Below are positions 7,059-16,596 of a DNA stretch of 24,021 nucleotides, piece after piece. The stretch spans positions 1 to 24,021 of the IMG/VR virus record IMGVR_UViG_3300017728_000114, one strand, 5' to 3'. The notes beneath the pieces were generated by a model. The model made no database searches. It had not been told where the DNA came from and saw only the letters and a list, made by a program, of their open reading frames with translations. This DNA is from a virus (Duplodnaviria; Caudoviricetes). Each line of letters begins with the position of its first letter. Positions within the stretch are counted from its first letter, which is position 1. Made by a program: the position numbers and the translations under genes.

Positions 7059-9022
7059 TGAGCAGAGCTGCAACTTTACAAACAAATTTTACCACAGGGG
7101 AAATAGATCCTTTATTAAAATCTAGAATAGATATTGATCAATATTATAATTCATTAGAACAAGCTCGTAATGTAGTTATTCAGCCTCAAGGTGGAATTAC
7201 TCGTAGGCCAGGACTACAATATGTTTCAACTATACCTTCTGCTGCTGCTCCTCAAAGTGGATGTAGATTAGTACCTTTTGAATTTTCAACTACACAAAGT
7301 TACATGTTATTATTTGTACATAATAGAATGTACATTTATAAAGATAAAGTTTTACAAACAAATATTAATTCATCTGGTAACGATTATTTAACTACATCTA
7401 TTACATCAGCAATGATTGGTACAATAGATTATGCTCAATCAGCAGATACATTAATTGTTGTCCAGGAGGACATGGCCCCTAAACAAATTAAAAGAGGAGC
7501 TAGTCATACTGCCTGGACTATTACAGATATTACATTTGAGTATATTCCAAAGTTTGCATTTTCATTATCTACTTCTAATCCAGCTGGAACAATAACTCCT
7601 TCTGCTGTAGATGGTAATATTACAATAACAGCATCTTCATCAGTTTTTTCATCTGGTAATGTTAATGATTATGTTGAGGCAGTTGATGGAATTGGTAGAG
7701 CAAGAATAACTAGATTTGTATCTGGCACATCTGTTGAGGCTATTGTTGAAATACCATTCTTTAATACATCTGCTATAGCAAATGGATCTTGGTTATTAGA
7801 AGTTGATTATGTAGATGCCTGGAGTAATACTAATGGTTACCCTAGAACAGTAACTTTTCATGAAGGAAGATTATATTTTGGTGGATCTAAATCTAGACCA
7901 AACACAATCTTTGCATCTAGAGTAGCAAGATTTTTTGACTTTAATCCAGGTGAGGCATTGGATGATGATGCTATAGAAGTTACATTAAACACAGGCCAGG
8001 TTAATGCTGTTACAGGATTATTCTCTGGTAGAGATTTACAAATATTTACTAAAGGTGGTGAATTCTTTTTACCACAATCAGATCTAGATCCAATCACACC
8101 AGGCAATGTTGTAATACAAGGTGCAACTAAACGAGGATCAAAAGAAGGTATCAAGCCTGTGGGAGCAGAAAGTGGTACAATGTTTATACAAAGATCTGGT
8201 AAGTCATTAAGAGAATTTTTATTTAGTGATGTAGAGTTATCTTACATATCAAATAATATTTCTTTATTATCTTCTCATTTACTTGTTTCCCCAACAGATC
8301 TAGCATTAAGAAAAGCAACATCTACTGATGATGGTGATTTATTATTAATTGTTAATACTGATGGATCTCTTGCAACTTACTCAATCTTGAGAGGCCAAAA
8401 TGTTATAGCTCCATCTTTATCATCTACTGATGGTGAATTTATAAATGTAGCTGTAGATGTAGATACAATTTATTTTGTAATTAAAAGAACAGTAAATTCT
8501 AATACAGTTTATCATGTTGAAACTTTCAATGATGATAATACTACAGATGGTTCAATATTATTTATTGGTGGTACAAAACCATCATCTACAACATTGAGTG
8601 GCCTATCACATTTACAAGGTAAGACAGTTAAGGTAATTGCTGATGATGCAATGCAAACTGATAAAGTTGTTAATGGATCTGGTCAAATAACTTTAGATGC
8701 TATTCCAACAACTTATGTTGAAGTAGGATTAAACTATACACCTACTATAAAAACAATGCCGGTAGAATTAAAATTACCAAGTGGTAATACAGTTGGACAA
8801 AAGAAAAGAATAGTAGAGGCAACAGCTTTATTATACCTTTCACAAAATTTAACTTTAGATGCTAAAGAATTTCCATTTACAGCAGCAAGTTTTTTTACAG
8901 GAAAGAAAAGAAGAAAACCAATGTTAGGTTATGATCGTGAAGGACAACTAACATTTAGTCAATCAGCTCCCCTCTTCTTCACATTACTTGGGGTGGAGTA
9001 TAAAGTGAGTGTAGGACAATAA
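7058..9022 (+). CDS. Tail tubular protein B (nozzle, gp12-like)
   Basis: QTNFTTGEIDP...PQGGITRRPG, YAQSADTLI, GYPRTVTFHEGRLYFGG motifs; beta-rich 654 aa. Confidence 0.88.
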   Translation: MSRAATLQTNFTTGEIDPLLKSRIDIDQYYNSLEQARNVVIQPQGGITRRPGLQYVSTIPSAAAPQSGCRLVPFEFSTTQSYMLLFVHNRMYIYKDKVLQTNINSSGNDYLTTSITSAMIGTIDYAQSADTLIVVQEDMAPKQIKRGASHTAWTITDITFEYIPKFAFSLSTSNPAGTITPSAVDGNITITASSSVFSSGNVNDYVEAVDGIGRARITRFVSGTSVEAIVEIPFFNTSAIANGSWLLEVDYVDAWSNTNGYPRTVTFHEGRLYFGGSKSRPNTIFASRVARFFDFNPGEALDDDAIEVTLNTGQVNAVTGLFSGRDLQIFTKGGEFFLPQSDLDPITPGNVVIQGATKRGSKEGIKPVGAESGTMFIQRSGKSLREFLFSDVELSYISNNISLLSSHLLVSPTDLALRKATSTDDGDLLLIVNTDGSLATYSILRGQNVIAPSLSSTDGEFINVAVDVDTIYFVIKRTVNSNTVYHVETFNDDNTTDGSILFIGGTKPSSTTLSGLSHLQGKTVKVIADDAMQTDKVVNGSGQITLDAIPTTYVEVGLNYTPTIKTMPVELKLPSGNTVGQKKRIVEATALLYLSQNLTLDAKEFPFTAASFFTGKKRRKPMLGYDREGQLTFSQSAPLFFTLLGVEYKVSVGQ

Positions 9023-9510
9023 TGAGTATTTGGACAGTAATAGCAGTAGCATCTAGTGTAGGTAAAGCCTATGCTACTTTATATTCAGCAGCTGCTACTA
9101 AAGCTAGTATGGATGCCCAGGCAGATATATCAGCATTACAATTTAAAGAAAAAAGAATTGAATACAAAGAGCAAGGTGTTGAGGCATTAAAAGAAACTAA
9201 TAAAGCATTAGGTACTATTGTTGCAAGAGGTGCAGCTGGTGGGGCCTTAACTAATGAAGGATCTATTTTAACATCACAAATTATTTCATTAAGAGAAGGT
9301 GCAGAGGACTTTTCACTTGCAGCTCTTAACCAGGAGCTAACACAAAATTTAGGTATTATACAATTTAATAATTATAAGATAGCTGGGAAACAAGCAAAAA
9401 AAATGGGTTATCTAAATGCTATATTTGGATTAGGTACTGATATGGGGCAGCTAGGTACTACCGGTGCATTTGATAAAAAACCACCAACTGATAAAAAGAA
9501 AGTAGTATAA
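9022..9510 (+). CDS. Internal virion/ejection protein (gp14-like)
   Basis: Ala/Gly-rich amphipathic helices (ARGAAGGAL); first gene after the nozzle. Confidence 0.65.
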   Translation: MSIWTVIAVASSVGKAYATLYSAAATKASMDAQADISALQFKEKRIEYKEQGVEALKETNKALGTIVARGAAGGALTNEGSILTSQIISLREGAEDFSLAALNQELTQNLGIIQFNNYKIAGKQAKKMGYLNAIFGLGTDMGQLGTTGAFDKKPPTDKKKVV

Positions 9511-11486
9511 TGGCAAGAGAAAGAAAAACATATCCAGGTGGTTTAGTTAGAGGAGCAGCAATTCCTTCTATATCATTTCCTCAATTCCAAGTAGCTCAAG
9601 CTGGTATGGATAGTTTAAATAATAAACTTAATCAATTAAATAACTTTGCTTTAAAAAAAGTTGATAAAGAAATGGAAGATGCTGGTATTAAATATGCAGC
9701 TGAAAATCCTGTATCAACTGATCAATTTCTAGATGCTAATCCAGATGAAAAAAATAAACTGATAGAAGGTAAAAAAGGTACAACTTATGGCAATGCTATA
9801 AGAGCTACTCAATTAAGTTTACTTACATCACAGATTACAATGAGAGCATCTAATGATTTTGCTAATCTTAAAACAAAAGCCTATGCAAGAGATATGGATC
9901 TTGAAACATTTACAACAGAATTAAATGCTATTGTTAATGGATACTCTGATAGTTTATTAGAAGTAGATGGTGAGGCAAGTATTGTAGCTAATGCTAAACT
10001 AGCAACAACAGCAAATACTTATCTTAATTCTTATTCAGATAAATTATTAAAAGATTATAAAAATATGAAAGATGCTACTGTATTAATTTACAGTAATGAA
10101 ACACTAGAATTAATACCGGATATTATTAAAGGTGGAGCTGAACAAAGTATTAATGGCCCAGATAATACACCATTAATGGGTGAAGATGGTAACCCAATAA
10201 AATTATCTTTAGATGATATTTTAAAATTGCGTAAAGAAGAAAAACAACAAGAGCTTATTGTTAATGGTATTAGTAAAGCTGATCTTCTTGCTTGGTCTAA
10301 AAATTGGGATGCAAGAGTAATTAGAGAAAAAGCAAACTTTTTATTTAGTGAGTATGTTGATACTCCATTCAATTATAAGAATGGTACAAAACATGCAAAC
10401 AATATTTATAAACAAGTTCAAAATGGAAACTTTGGTGGATATGAAAATCTTAAAAAAATATATGAAAGTTTACCAGAAGATAAACAAAAAGAATTTAGAT
10501 CTAAAGTTTCAGAGTGGAAACAAAGTATTATTAAAGCTAAAGAAGATGAAGATAAAACTCTTGTATTAGATAAAAAAGAAACTGTAGATAACTATAAGTT
10601 TAAATATTATACAGCTAGAGCTGATGGTAATTATGATGAGGCAAAGAAAATTCTTGAAGAAGTAAAAGATTATGATCAAGATTTGTATATTGAATTATCA
10701 GAAAAACTAGATGCTGATGAGCATGATGGCGATTTTACAAAAGATACTACAGAAGATGGTTTAGGTTTTATAGACTTACAAGATGATTTAACAATTACAA
10801 AAGATCTTACACACGCAAAAATACAAAGTGCTTATGACTTTAGATACATTACTAAAGACCAAAAGATAAAATTAGATGCAGATCTAGAAATATCTAAATC
10901 TAAAAAATTTACAGAAGGTGAAAAGATTATGCGTAATGCTTTTGGTTATTCAGAGGCTACTATATTAAATGCATCTAAAAAAGATAAAGCAGCTGCTAAT
11001 CTTTATAGAGCAAAATCAAATGAGCTAATTGCATTTATGAGAGCTAACCCAGATGCATCAGCTAAAGATATTACAGACAAAGCATTAGAATTAACTCAAG
11101 GTGTAGAAACTAAAAAACTTAAAGAAGATGATGTTAAAGAAATGAAAACAAACATTACTTCTAAAGAATTTAAACTTTCATCTAATGTTTGGAAACTTTA
11201 TTTGCAAAATTTCTATACTACAGAAGATGATCAACCTTACAATCATGCAAACTACAGATCTGAATTTTTAGAAACAACAGATGGTGTACAACGATTAATT
11301 GTTGAAATGGAAGAGTTAAAAGAAATGGAAGATGGTATGGTTTTAGAAGAAGGTTTTATTGACTACTTTGATAAAACTTTTACTAGACCAAAAGTTAATG
11401 GAAAACCTATATCAAATGAATTTATAGAAAAATTTATAGAACAATTACAATCTTATAAAACAGCATTAGGGGAGCTTGAACAATAA
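9510..11486 (+). CDS. Internal virion/ejection protein (gp15-like)
   Basis: Large helical, charged 658-aa protein; assigned from synteny only. Confidence 0.6.
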   Translation: MARERKTYPGGLVRGAAIPSISFPQFQVAQAGMDSLNNKLNQLNNFALKKVDKEMEDAGIKYAAENPVSTDQFLDANPDEKNKLIEGKKGTTYGNAIRATQLSLLTSQITMRASNDFANLKTKAYARDMDLETFTTELNAIVNGYSDSLLEVDGEASIVANAKLATTANTYLNSYSDKLLKDYKNMKDATVLIYSNETLELIPDIIKGGAEQSINGPDNTPLMGEDGNPIKLSLDDILKLRKEEKQQELIVNGISKADLLAWSKNWDARVIREKANFLFSEYVDTPFNYKNGTKHANNIYKQVQNGNFGGYENLKKIYESLPEDKQKEFRSKVSEWKQSIIKAKEDEDKTLVLDKKETVDNYKFKYYTARADGNYDEAKKILEEVKDYDQDLYIELSEKLDADEHDGDFTKDTTEDGLGFIDLQDDLTITKDLTHAKIQSAYDFRYITKDQKIKLDADLEISKSKKFTEGEKIMRNAFGYSEATILNASKKDKAAANLYRAKSNELIAFMRANPDASAKDITDKALELTQGVETKKLKEDDVKEMKTNITSKEFKLSSNVWKLYLQNFYTTEDDQPYNHANYRSEFLETTDGVQRLIVEMEELKEMEDGMVLEEGFIDYFDKTFTRPKVNGKPISNEFIEKFIEQLQSYKTALGELEQ

Positions 11487-13573
11487 TGTCATCATTAGAA
11501 GAAAAATATTTAAACTACCTAGATTTTAAAAATAGTGATAACGATTACAAGTTAACTGAAAATGGTTATGAGTTATTTGAAAATAAGAAAAAAGGATTTT
11601 TACAATCTGCTAAAGATTACACAACTAATACATTACAAACATATAAAGATATTGGTAGCACAGTTTTAAAATACAATAATGAAATTGGAACCGGTATAGC
11701 TAGAGGTACAACTAAACTTGTAGAAAGTGTTGGTGGTTTAGGATTAGCAACATTAGAAAAGTTAGATCTTGCTAGTGAAGGATCTGTACAAAAGTTTGGT
11801 GATTTCTTTGCTAAAGAAGTTTATCCAAGAATAGGTGAAACAGAAACATTAGCTGGAGGATTTGCAGAAGGTATATCTCAATTTTTAACTCCAGGTCTAG
11901 GTTACTACAAATTATTTGGTACATTAATAAAAGCAAAAGGTGTTATGCCTTTTGTAACAAGAGCATTAGCAGCAGAGGCAGCAACTGTAGGTACAGCTCA
12001 AGTTCCTATGGATCCAAACTTTGTTAGCTTTATGTCAGAAATGTTTGATATTGATACTGAACAAGCTGACAGTTTAAGTAAAGAAATATTTAATTACATT
12101 GCTACACCAGAAACAGAATACAATGCTGATACTGTTTTTAAAGAAAAGATGAAAGCTATTATTGGTGATAGTGCATTAGGCCCATTAGGTGAAGGTGTAA
12201 TGTTATTAGGAAAATTATTTAAAGGATTTAAGGAACAGCCGGAAGTAGTTAAGGAATTAAACAATAGTATAAATTTATCTGGTGGATCTGCTATGAACCC
12301 AGAAGGGCCTTTAGCAAAAGAAATAGAAGAAGGTACTTTTTCTTACAAATCAGAATTAGAAGGGCCAGAAAAATTTGATACTGTTATGATTATGAATAGT
12401 ATTGAACCGGTTATTATTGGTACAGGAAAAAATAACAAAGTTAAAGTTGAAGATATAATTAATCATTTTGATCAAGCTCCTAAACTAGATATTAAAAATC
12501 CAGATGATTTTAAATTAATGGTAGACCAAGGTGTTAAAGAAGTAACTTACCAACTAGATCAAAAAGTTACAGGGGCCGGATGGTATGACAAAGATATTAA
12601 AATAGCTATGGAAAAATTAGATGACATTAATCCTAAATTTAAAGGTAATGATCAAATAAAAGATATGGTAGTATTCTTTACAGCTATTGCCTCGCCAGGA
12701 CAAAATGTTGGAATGGATTATAAAGTAGCTGCACAGATTGCAGATATTTATTTAGATACAGGAAAGTTCCCTACTACAAATCCTAACAGCCTTCGTAATT
12801 CAGAAGATGTAATGGTTAAATTAGGTAGAGCTGAAATAGGTGAAGAAAAAGGATGGACACAAAGATCTCACTTAAAAGGACAAATAGAATTTGTACAAAA
12901 GTATGTTGATGCAAATGGATTAGATGCATTTTTAGAATTCCTACATACTCCAACTACAAGAAGAGCATTAAATGATTTAAGAAAATCTTATGGAATGAAA
13001 CCAATAGCTGGTGCTTTAGATAAAGAGATCTATGGAGCTGATATGTTTGGCCCTAAAGTAAGTAAATTTATGCAGAGCTTAATGGGTACTTCTGATGAGG
13101 CTGTTCCAGATATTTGGTTTACTAGAGGATTTAATAGAAAGTCCGGTAATGTTTATACTATTAAAAAAGATGGTGTTAAAACAAATGCTGATCAACCAAG
13201 AAATCTTTCTGAACGAACAATCATGGATAATTATATTGAAGAAATACGAATACAATTAGAAAACAGCATAGGTGTTAAATTAAATGCTCGTGACACACAG
13301 GCTGTTCTATGGTACTTTGAGCAAGGATTATATACAAAACTAGGAGTAAAAAGTGAACCAAAAAGTTACGCAGACGCAGCAGAAACAATCATTGAAAGAA
13401 AAGCCAATGACATCAAAGGAGGCTTTTCACAAAGCGATGTTAGTAATGTTGAAAGCAAAAAAAACAAAAACAAGAAAAGATATATCGTCAACGAAGATCT
13501 AGATCTAGATACAGGGGATCTTTATGGAATTGATGCTGATGAAATTGACGAATTTAATAAAGGAGTTAAATAA
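11486..13573 (+). CDS. Putative internal virion protein with C-terminal HhH-GPD DNA-glycosylase-like domain
   Basis: N-terminal ~260 aa of Gly/Ala-rich amphipathic helices like gp16-type proteins. C-terminal WY...AIASPGQ...GPKV-x14-VPDIW-x2-R-like...QAVLWY motifs. Confidence 0.6.
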   Translation: MSSLEEKYLNYLDFKNSDNDYKLTENGYELFENKKKGFLQSAKDYTTNTLQTYKDIGSTVLKYNNEIGTGIARGTTKLVESVGGLGLATLEKLDLASEGSVQKFGDFFAKEVYPRIGETETLAGGFAEGISQFLTPGLGYYKLFGTLIKAKGVMPFVTRALAAEAATVGTAQVPMDPNFVSFMSEMFDIDTEQADSLSKEIFNYIATPETEYNADTVFKEKMKAIIGDSALGPLGEGVMLLGKLFKGFKEQPEVVKELNNSINLSGGSAMNPEGPLAKEIEEGTFSYKSELEGPEKFDTVMIMNSIEPVIIGTGKNNKVKVEDIINHFDQAPKLDIKNPDDFKLMVDQGVKEVTYQLDQKVTGAGWYDKDIKIAMEKLDDINPKFKGNDQIKDMVVFFTAIASPGQNVGMDYKVAAQIADIYLDTGKFPTTNPNSLRNSEDVMVKLGRAEIGEEKGWTQRSHLKGQIEFVQKYVDANGLDAFLEFLHTPTTRRALNDLRKSYGMKPIAGALDKEIYGADMFGPKVSKFMQSLMGTSDEAVPDIWFTRGFNRKSGNVYTIKKDGVKTNADQPRNLSERTIMDNYIEEIRIQLENSIGVKLNARDTQAVLWYFEQGLYTKLGVKSEPKSYADAAETIIERKANDIKGGFSQSDVSNVESKKNKNKKRYIVNEDLDLDTGDLYGIDADEIDEFNKGVK

Positions 13574-16542
13574 TGTCAAAACCAGATATTTCCATAGATA
13601 CTATAGAAAACCAAGATAGTTCTTTTTTAGATAAAAAATTAGATAAGTTAGCTGAAACTATTCTTCCTGTAGAAAATGAAATTATTAATACAAGTAATAA
13701 TGAAGATGTAATTCTTGAAAAAGAAATATTAGAAAAAACTAATATAGTAGAAAAAAAAGAAGATGAACAAGAAGAAGTTTTACTTGCATCTATCTTTCCT
13801 AAAAAAATACCTAAACCAAACAAATCTAAAACATACAAAGATAAAACTCATGGCGATACAATAAAAGAGGCCCAAGAAAAACAAGCAGAGATTTTATCTA
13901 CCAAAGTTCCAGATAATAAAATGTTTGTAATAGAAGAAGGAACAGGAAATATAATCTTTAAACAATTCAATGATGCAGAGTTAAAAGTTATTGAAGATAC
14001 AATGAGTGATTTACAATTAGGTAAATTAAAAATTAAAGAAGGTTCTTTACAAACTACATTAAGAAATTCTGACCATCCTAATTTATTTAAAAGTGTTGCT
14101 ACATTCCAAGACTTTGTAGCTACTGTTTTTAAAGACAGTATTAATTCTGCTAAACGAGGCAAGATGACTATGGAAGAAATAGCAGCAGCAGCAGCCAAGT
14201 ATGGAAGAAATGATGTGTACATGCAGATCCTTAAAAATCCAGAAGGCACACCTTTTAAAACAGAATTTGCTTATAGAGCTATTATGGAAGTAACAGTTGC
14301 AAGAGCAGAGGTAGATAGACTTGCTAAAATAGTAATGTCAGATAAAGCAACAGCAGCAGATGTAGAATTATTCTACAGAACATTTGCATTGTATGGATCT
14401 TTATTTTCTAAAACAGCTGGTGCAATATCTGAAAGTGGTAGAACACTTGGTATCATATCTAAAATGGATACACCTAAAGTTGAGGGTATTGATGAGTTAG
14501 GTGATATTTTAAAACAGATGAATGTTGATCCTAAAGATACAACAGCTGCTGCTAAAATTGCTCAAGCCTATTTAAAATTAGAACCACATCAAAAATCTAA
14601 ATTTGCTAAAGATGGTATTGTAACTAAATTTAGAGATGCCTGGGCAGAGCTTTGGATTAACACAAGATTAATGTCACCTATTACACACACAGTAAACATT
14701 GCTGGTAATATTACTTTTAATACTTTGAGAGTTGTAGAGTATGGAATTGCAGCTGGTATTAATAAAGTTCCTTTAATGTCATCAGCTGATGGTGTGATGT
14801 TTAATGAAGTTTGGGCCATGATTAAATCTATGAGATATGGATCTAAACTTGCTGTAGGTAATGCATGGGCCTCTTTAAAATCTGGTGAAAGTGTTACAAC
14901 AAAAATGGATTTAAGAAAAGATAAAGCAATATCAAAAGAGTTAGCTGGTAAGTATAAAGACACAGCTCTTGGTTCATTTTTTGAAGTAATGGGTACAATG
15001 GTTAGAGTGCCTGGCAGATTGTTAGTTGCAGAAGATGAAATGATGAAAGGTTTTATTTTTCAAATGGAGCTTGAAAGAATTGCAACAAGTAAAATGAATA
15101 AATTTTTAAATGATTTTCCAGATGATAAAGCTGGAGCTGAATTAGTTTATAAAAAAACTTTAGCAGATCCAGATACTGCAACTGTTAAAGAAGTACAAGA
15201 AAGTATGTTAGAAGGAACATTCCAAAAAGATTTACCTCCAGGAATATTTTCTAAATTACAAGGCATTCTAAATGTACCAGAAATGAAAATGTTTGTGCCT
15301 TTCTACAAAACAATTATGAATATCTTTTTTGAAAGTAACAAAAGAAACCCAGCTCTTGCCTGGATATCTAAAGATGTACGAAAAAATTTATCTGGTGGAA
15401 ATGGAAAGAAAGCTCAACAACTTGCTATTGCTAAACTATCTACCGGTGCAATGTTAATGTATCAATTTGGAAGTATGGCTTATGGAGCTAATGTTACAGA
15501 TCAAGGAACAATGATTACAGGAATGATGCCGACAAGAAAAGGTGAGAGAGAGGCATTTCAAAGAAAAGGTTTATTACCTTATTCAATATGTAATATGCAA
15601 GATGATGGTTTATATCAATGTACTTCTTATGCTAGATTTGATCCTGTATCATCTTTACTAGCTATCTCTGCTGACTTTGCTTACATGGCATCAAGACCAG
15701 GACAATATGAAAATCCTAATTTTGCTAATGACATGGAGGCTTTATTTAAAGCTGGATTAGGATCTATCTTCCCATACATCATGCAACAACCATTTGCACA
15801 AGGTGTTACTCAACTTGGTGCATTGTTTCAACCTGGATATGGTGATCCAGAGGATATGGCAACAAGATCATTAACAACACTATTAAAAAAATTAACAGAG
15901 GCAACAGTTGGTATTGGTATAAATCCTTTAGGTACTTTTGGTAACTACTTAACTAAACATTCAGATCCAACAATCTATGATACAATGATTACAACTGACC
16001 AGTCATCATGGTGGAGAGAAAATTTTGATGGTGATATACCAGCTCCTATTAGAGCATTCTATAAAGAATATAATAAAGCAATGCATCAATCACCATTCTT
16101 TAATCCAGAATTAGAAGAAAGAGTTAATCTATGGGGTGAAGTAATGGTAGGCCCAGAAATGAATGTGTTTAGTCCAATTAGAACACAGAAAGAAAAATAC
16201 AATAGAGTTGATGATTGGTTAGTTAAATTAGGTTTAGGTATTCCAATGCCAAGAGCTTTTATTAGTGGTATCCCTCTTACATCAGAAGAATACAAATCTA
16301 TTATTATGTACATGAATTCTGATATTGATGGTGATGGTACTATGTTAGATGAAATGTTAGATATGATTGATAATGATCAAGATTGGAATGATATGTTGCC
16401 TGGTGATAAATTATCAGCATTAAAAAATATTGTTTCAAATAGAAGATCATTGGCAGAAGAAAACTTTTTAAGCAATAATCCTATTTTTAATGACAAGGTA
16501 GAATTATTAAAAGAAAGGGTAAATAGGAAAGGGAAAAGATAG
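13573..16542 (+). CDS. Large internal virion/ejection protein (gp16-like)
   Basis: 989 aa, helical; LMSPITHTVNIAGN, PGRLLVAEDE, FVPFYKTIMNI and SYARFDP motifs recalled from large podovirus core proteins; AAGGAG SD; last gene before the tail fibres. Confidence 0.7.
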   Translation: MSKPDISIDTIENQDSSFLDKKLDKLAETILPVENEIINTSNNEDVILEKEILEKTNIVEKKEDEQEEVLLASIFPKKIPKPNKSKTYKDKTHGDTIKEAQEKQAEILSTKVPDNKMFVIEEGTGNIIFKQFNDAELKVIEDTMSDLQLGKLKIKEGSLQTTLRNSDHPNLFKSVATFQDFVATVFKDSINSAKRGKMTMEEIAAAAAKYGRNDVYMQILKNPEGTPFKTEFAYRAIMEVTVARAEVDRLAKIVMSDKATAADVELFYRTFALYGSLFSKTAGAISESGRTLGIISKMDTPKVEGIDELGDILKQMNVDPKDTTAAAKIAQAYLKLEPHQKSKFAKDGIVTKFRDAWAELWINTRLMSPITHTVNIAGNITFNTLRVVEYGIAAGINKVPLMSSADGVMFNEVWAMIKSMRYGSKLAVGNAWASLKSGESVTTKMDLRKDKAISKELAGKYKDTALGSFFEVMGTMVRVPGRLLVAEDEMMKGFIFQMELERIATSKMNKFLNDFPDDKAGAELVYKKTLADPDTATVKEVQESMLEGTFQKDLPPGIFSKLQGILNVPEMKMFVPFYKTIMNIFFESNKRNPALAWISKDVRKNLSGGNGKKAQQLAIAKLSTGAMLMYQFGSMAYGANVTDQGTMITGMMPTRKGEREAFQRKGLLPYSICNMQDDGLYQCTSYARFDPVSSLLAISADFAYMASRPGQYENPNFANDMEALFKAGLGSIFPYIMQQPFAQGVTQLGALFQPGYGDPEDMATRSLTTLLKKLTEATVGIGINPLGTFGNYLTKHSDPTIYDTMITTDQSSWWRENFDGDIPAPIRAFYKEYNKAMHQSPFFNPELEERVNLWGEVMVGPEMNVFSPIRTQKEKYNRVDDWLVKLGLGIPMPRAFISGIPLTSEEYKSIIMYMNSDIDGDGTMLDEMLDMIDNDQDWNDMLPGDKLSALKNIVSNRRSLAEENFLSNNPIFNDKVELLKERVNRKGKR

Positions 16543-16596
16543 TGGTTTTTTTTTGTTCTACTATACAAAACGATAACATAAGCATAGGAATTATAT

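Noticed and set aside
16539-16570. Terminator between the gp16-like gene and tail fibre 1
   Set aside because: A T9 run is present, but the possible stems (ATAGTGG/CTACTAT, TTTTGT/ACAAAA) enclose or include the T run instead of preceding it.
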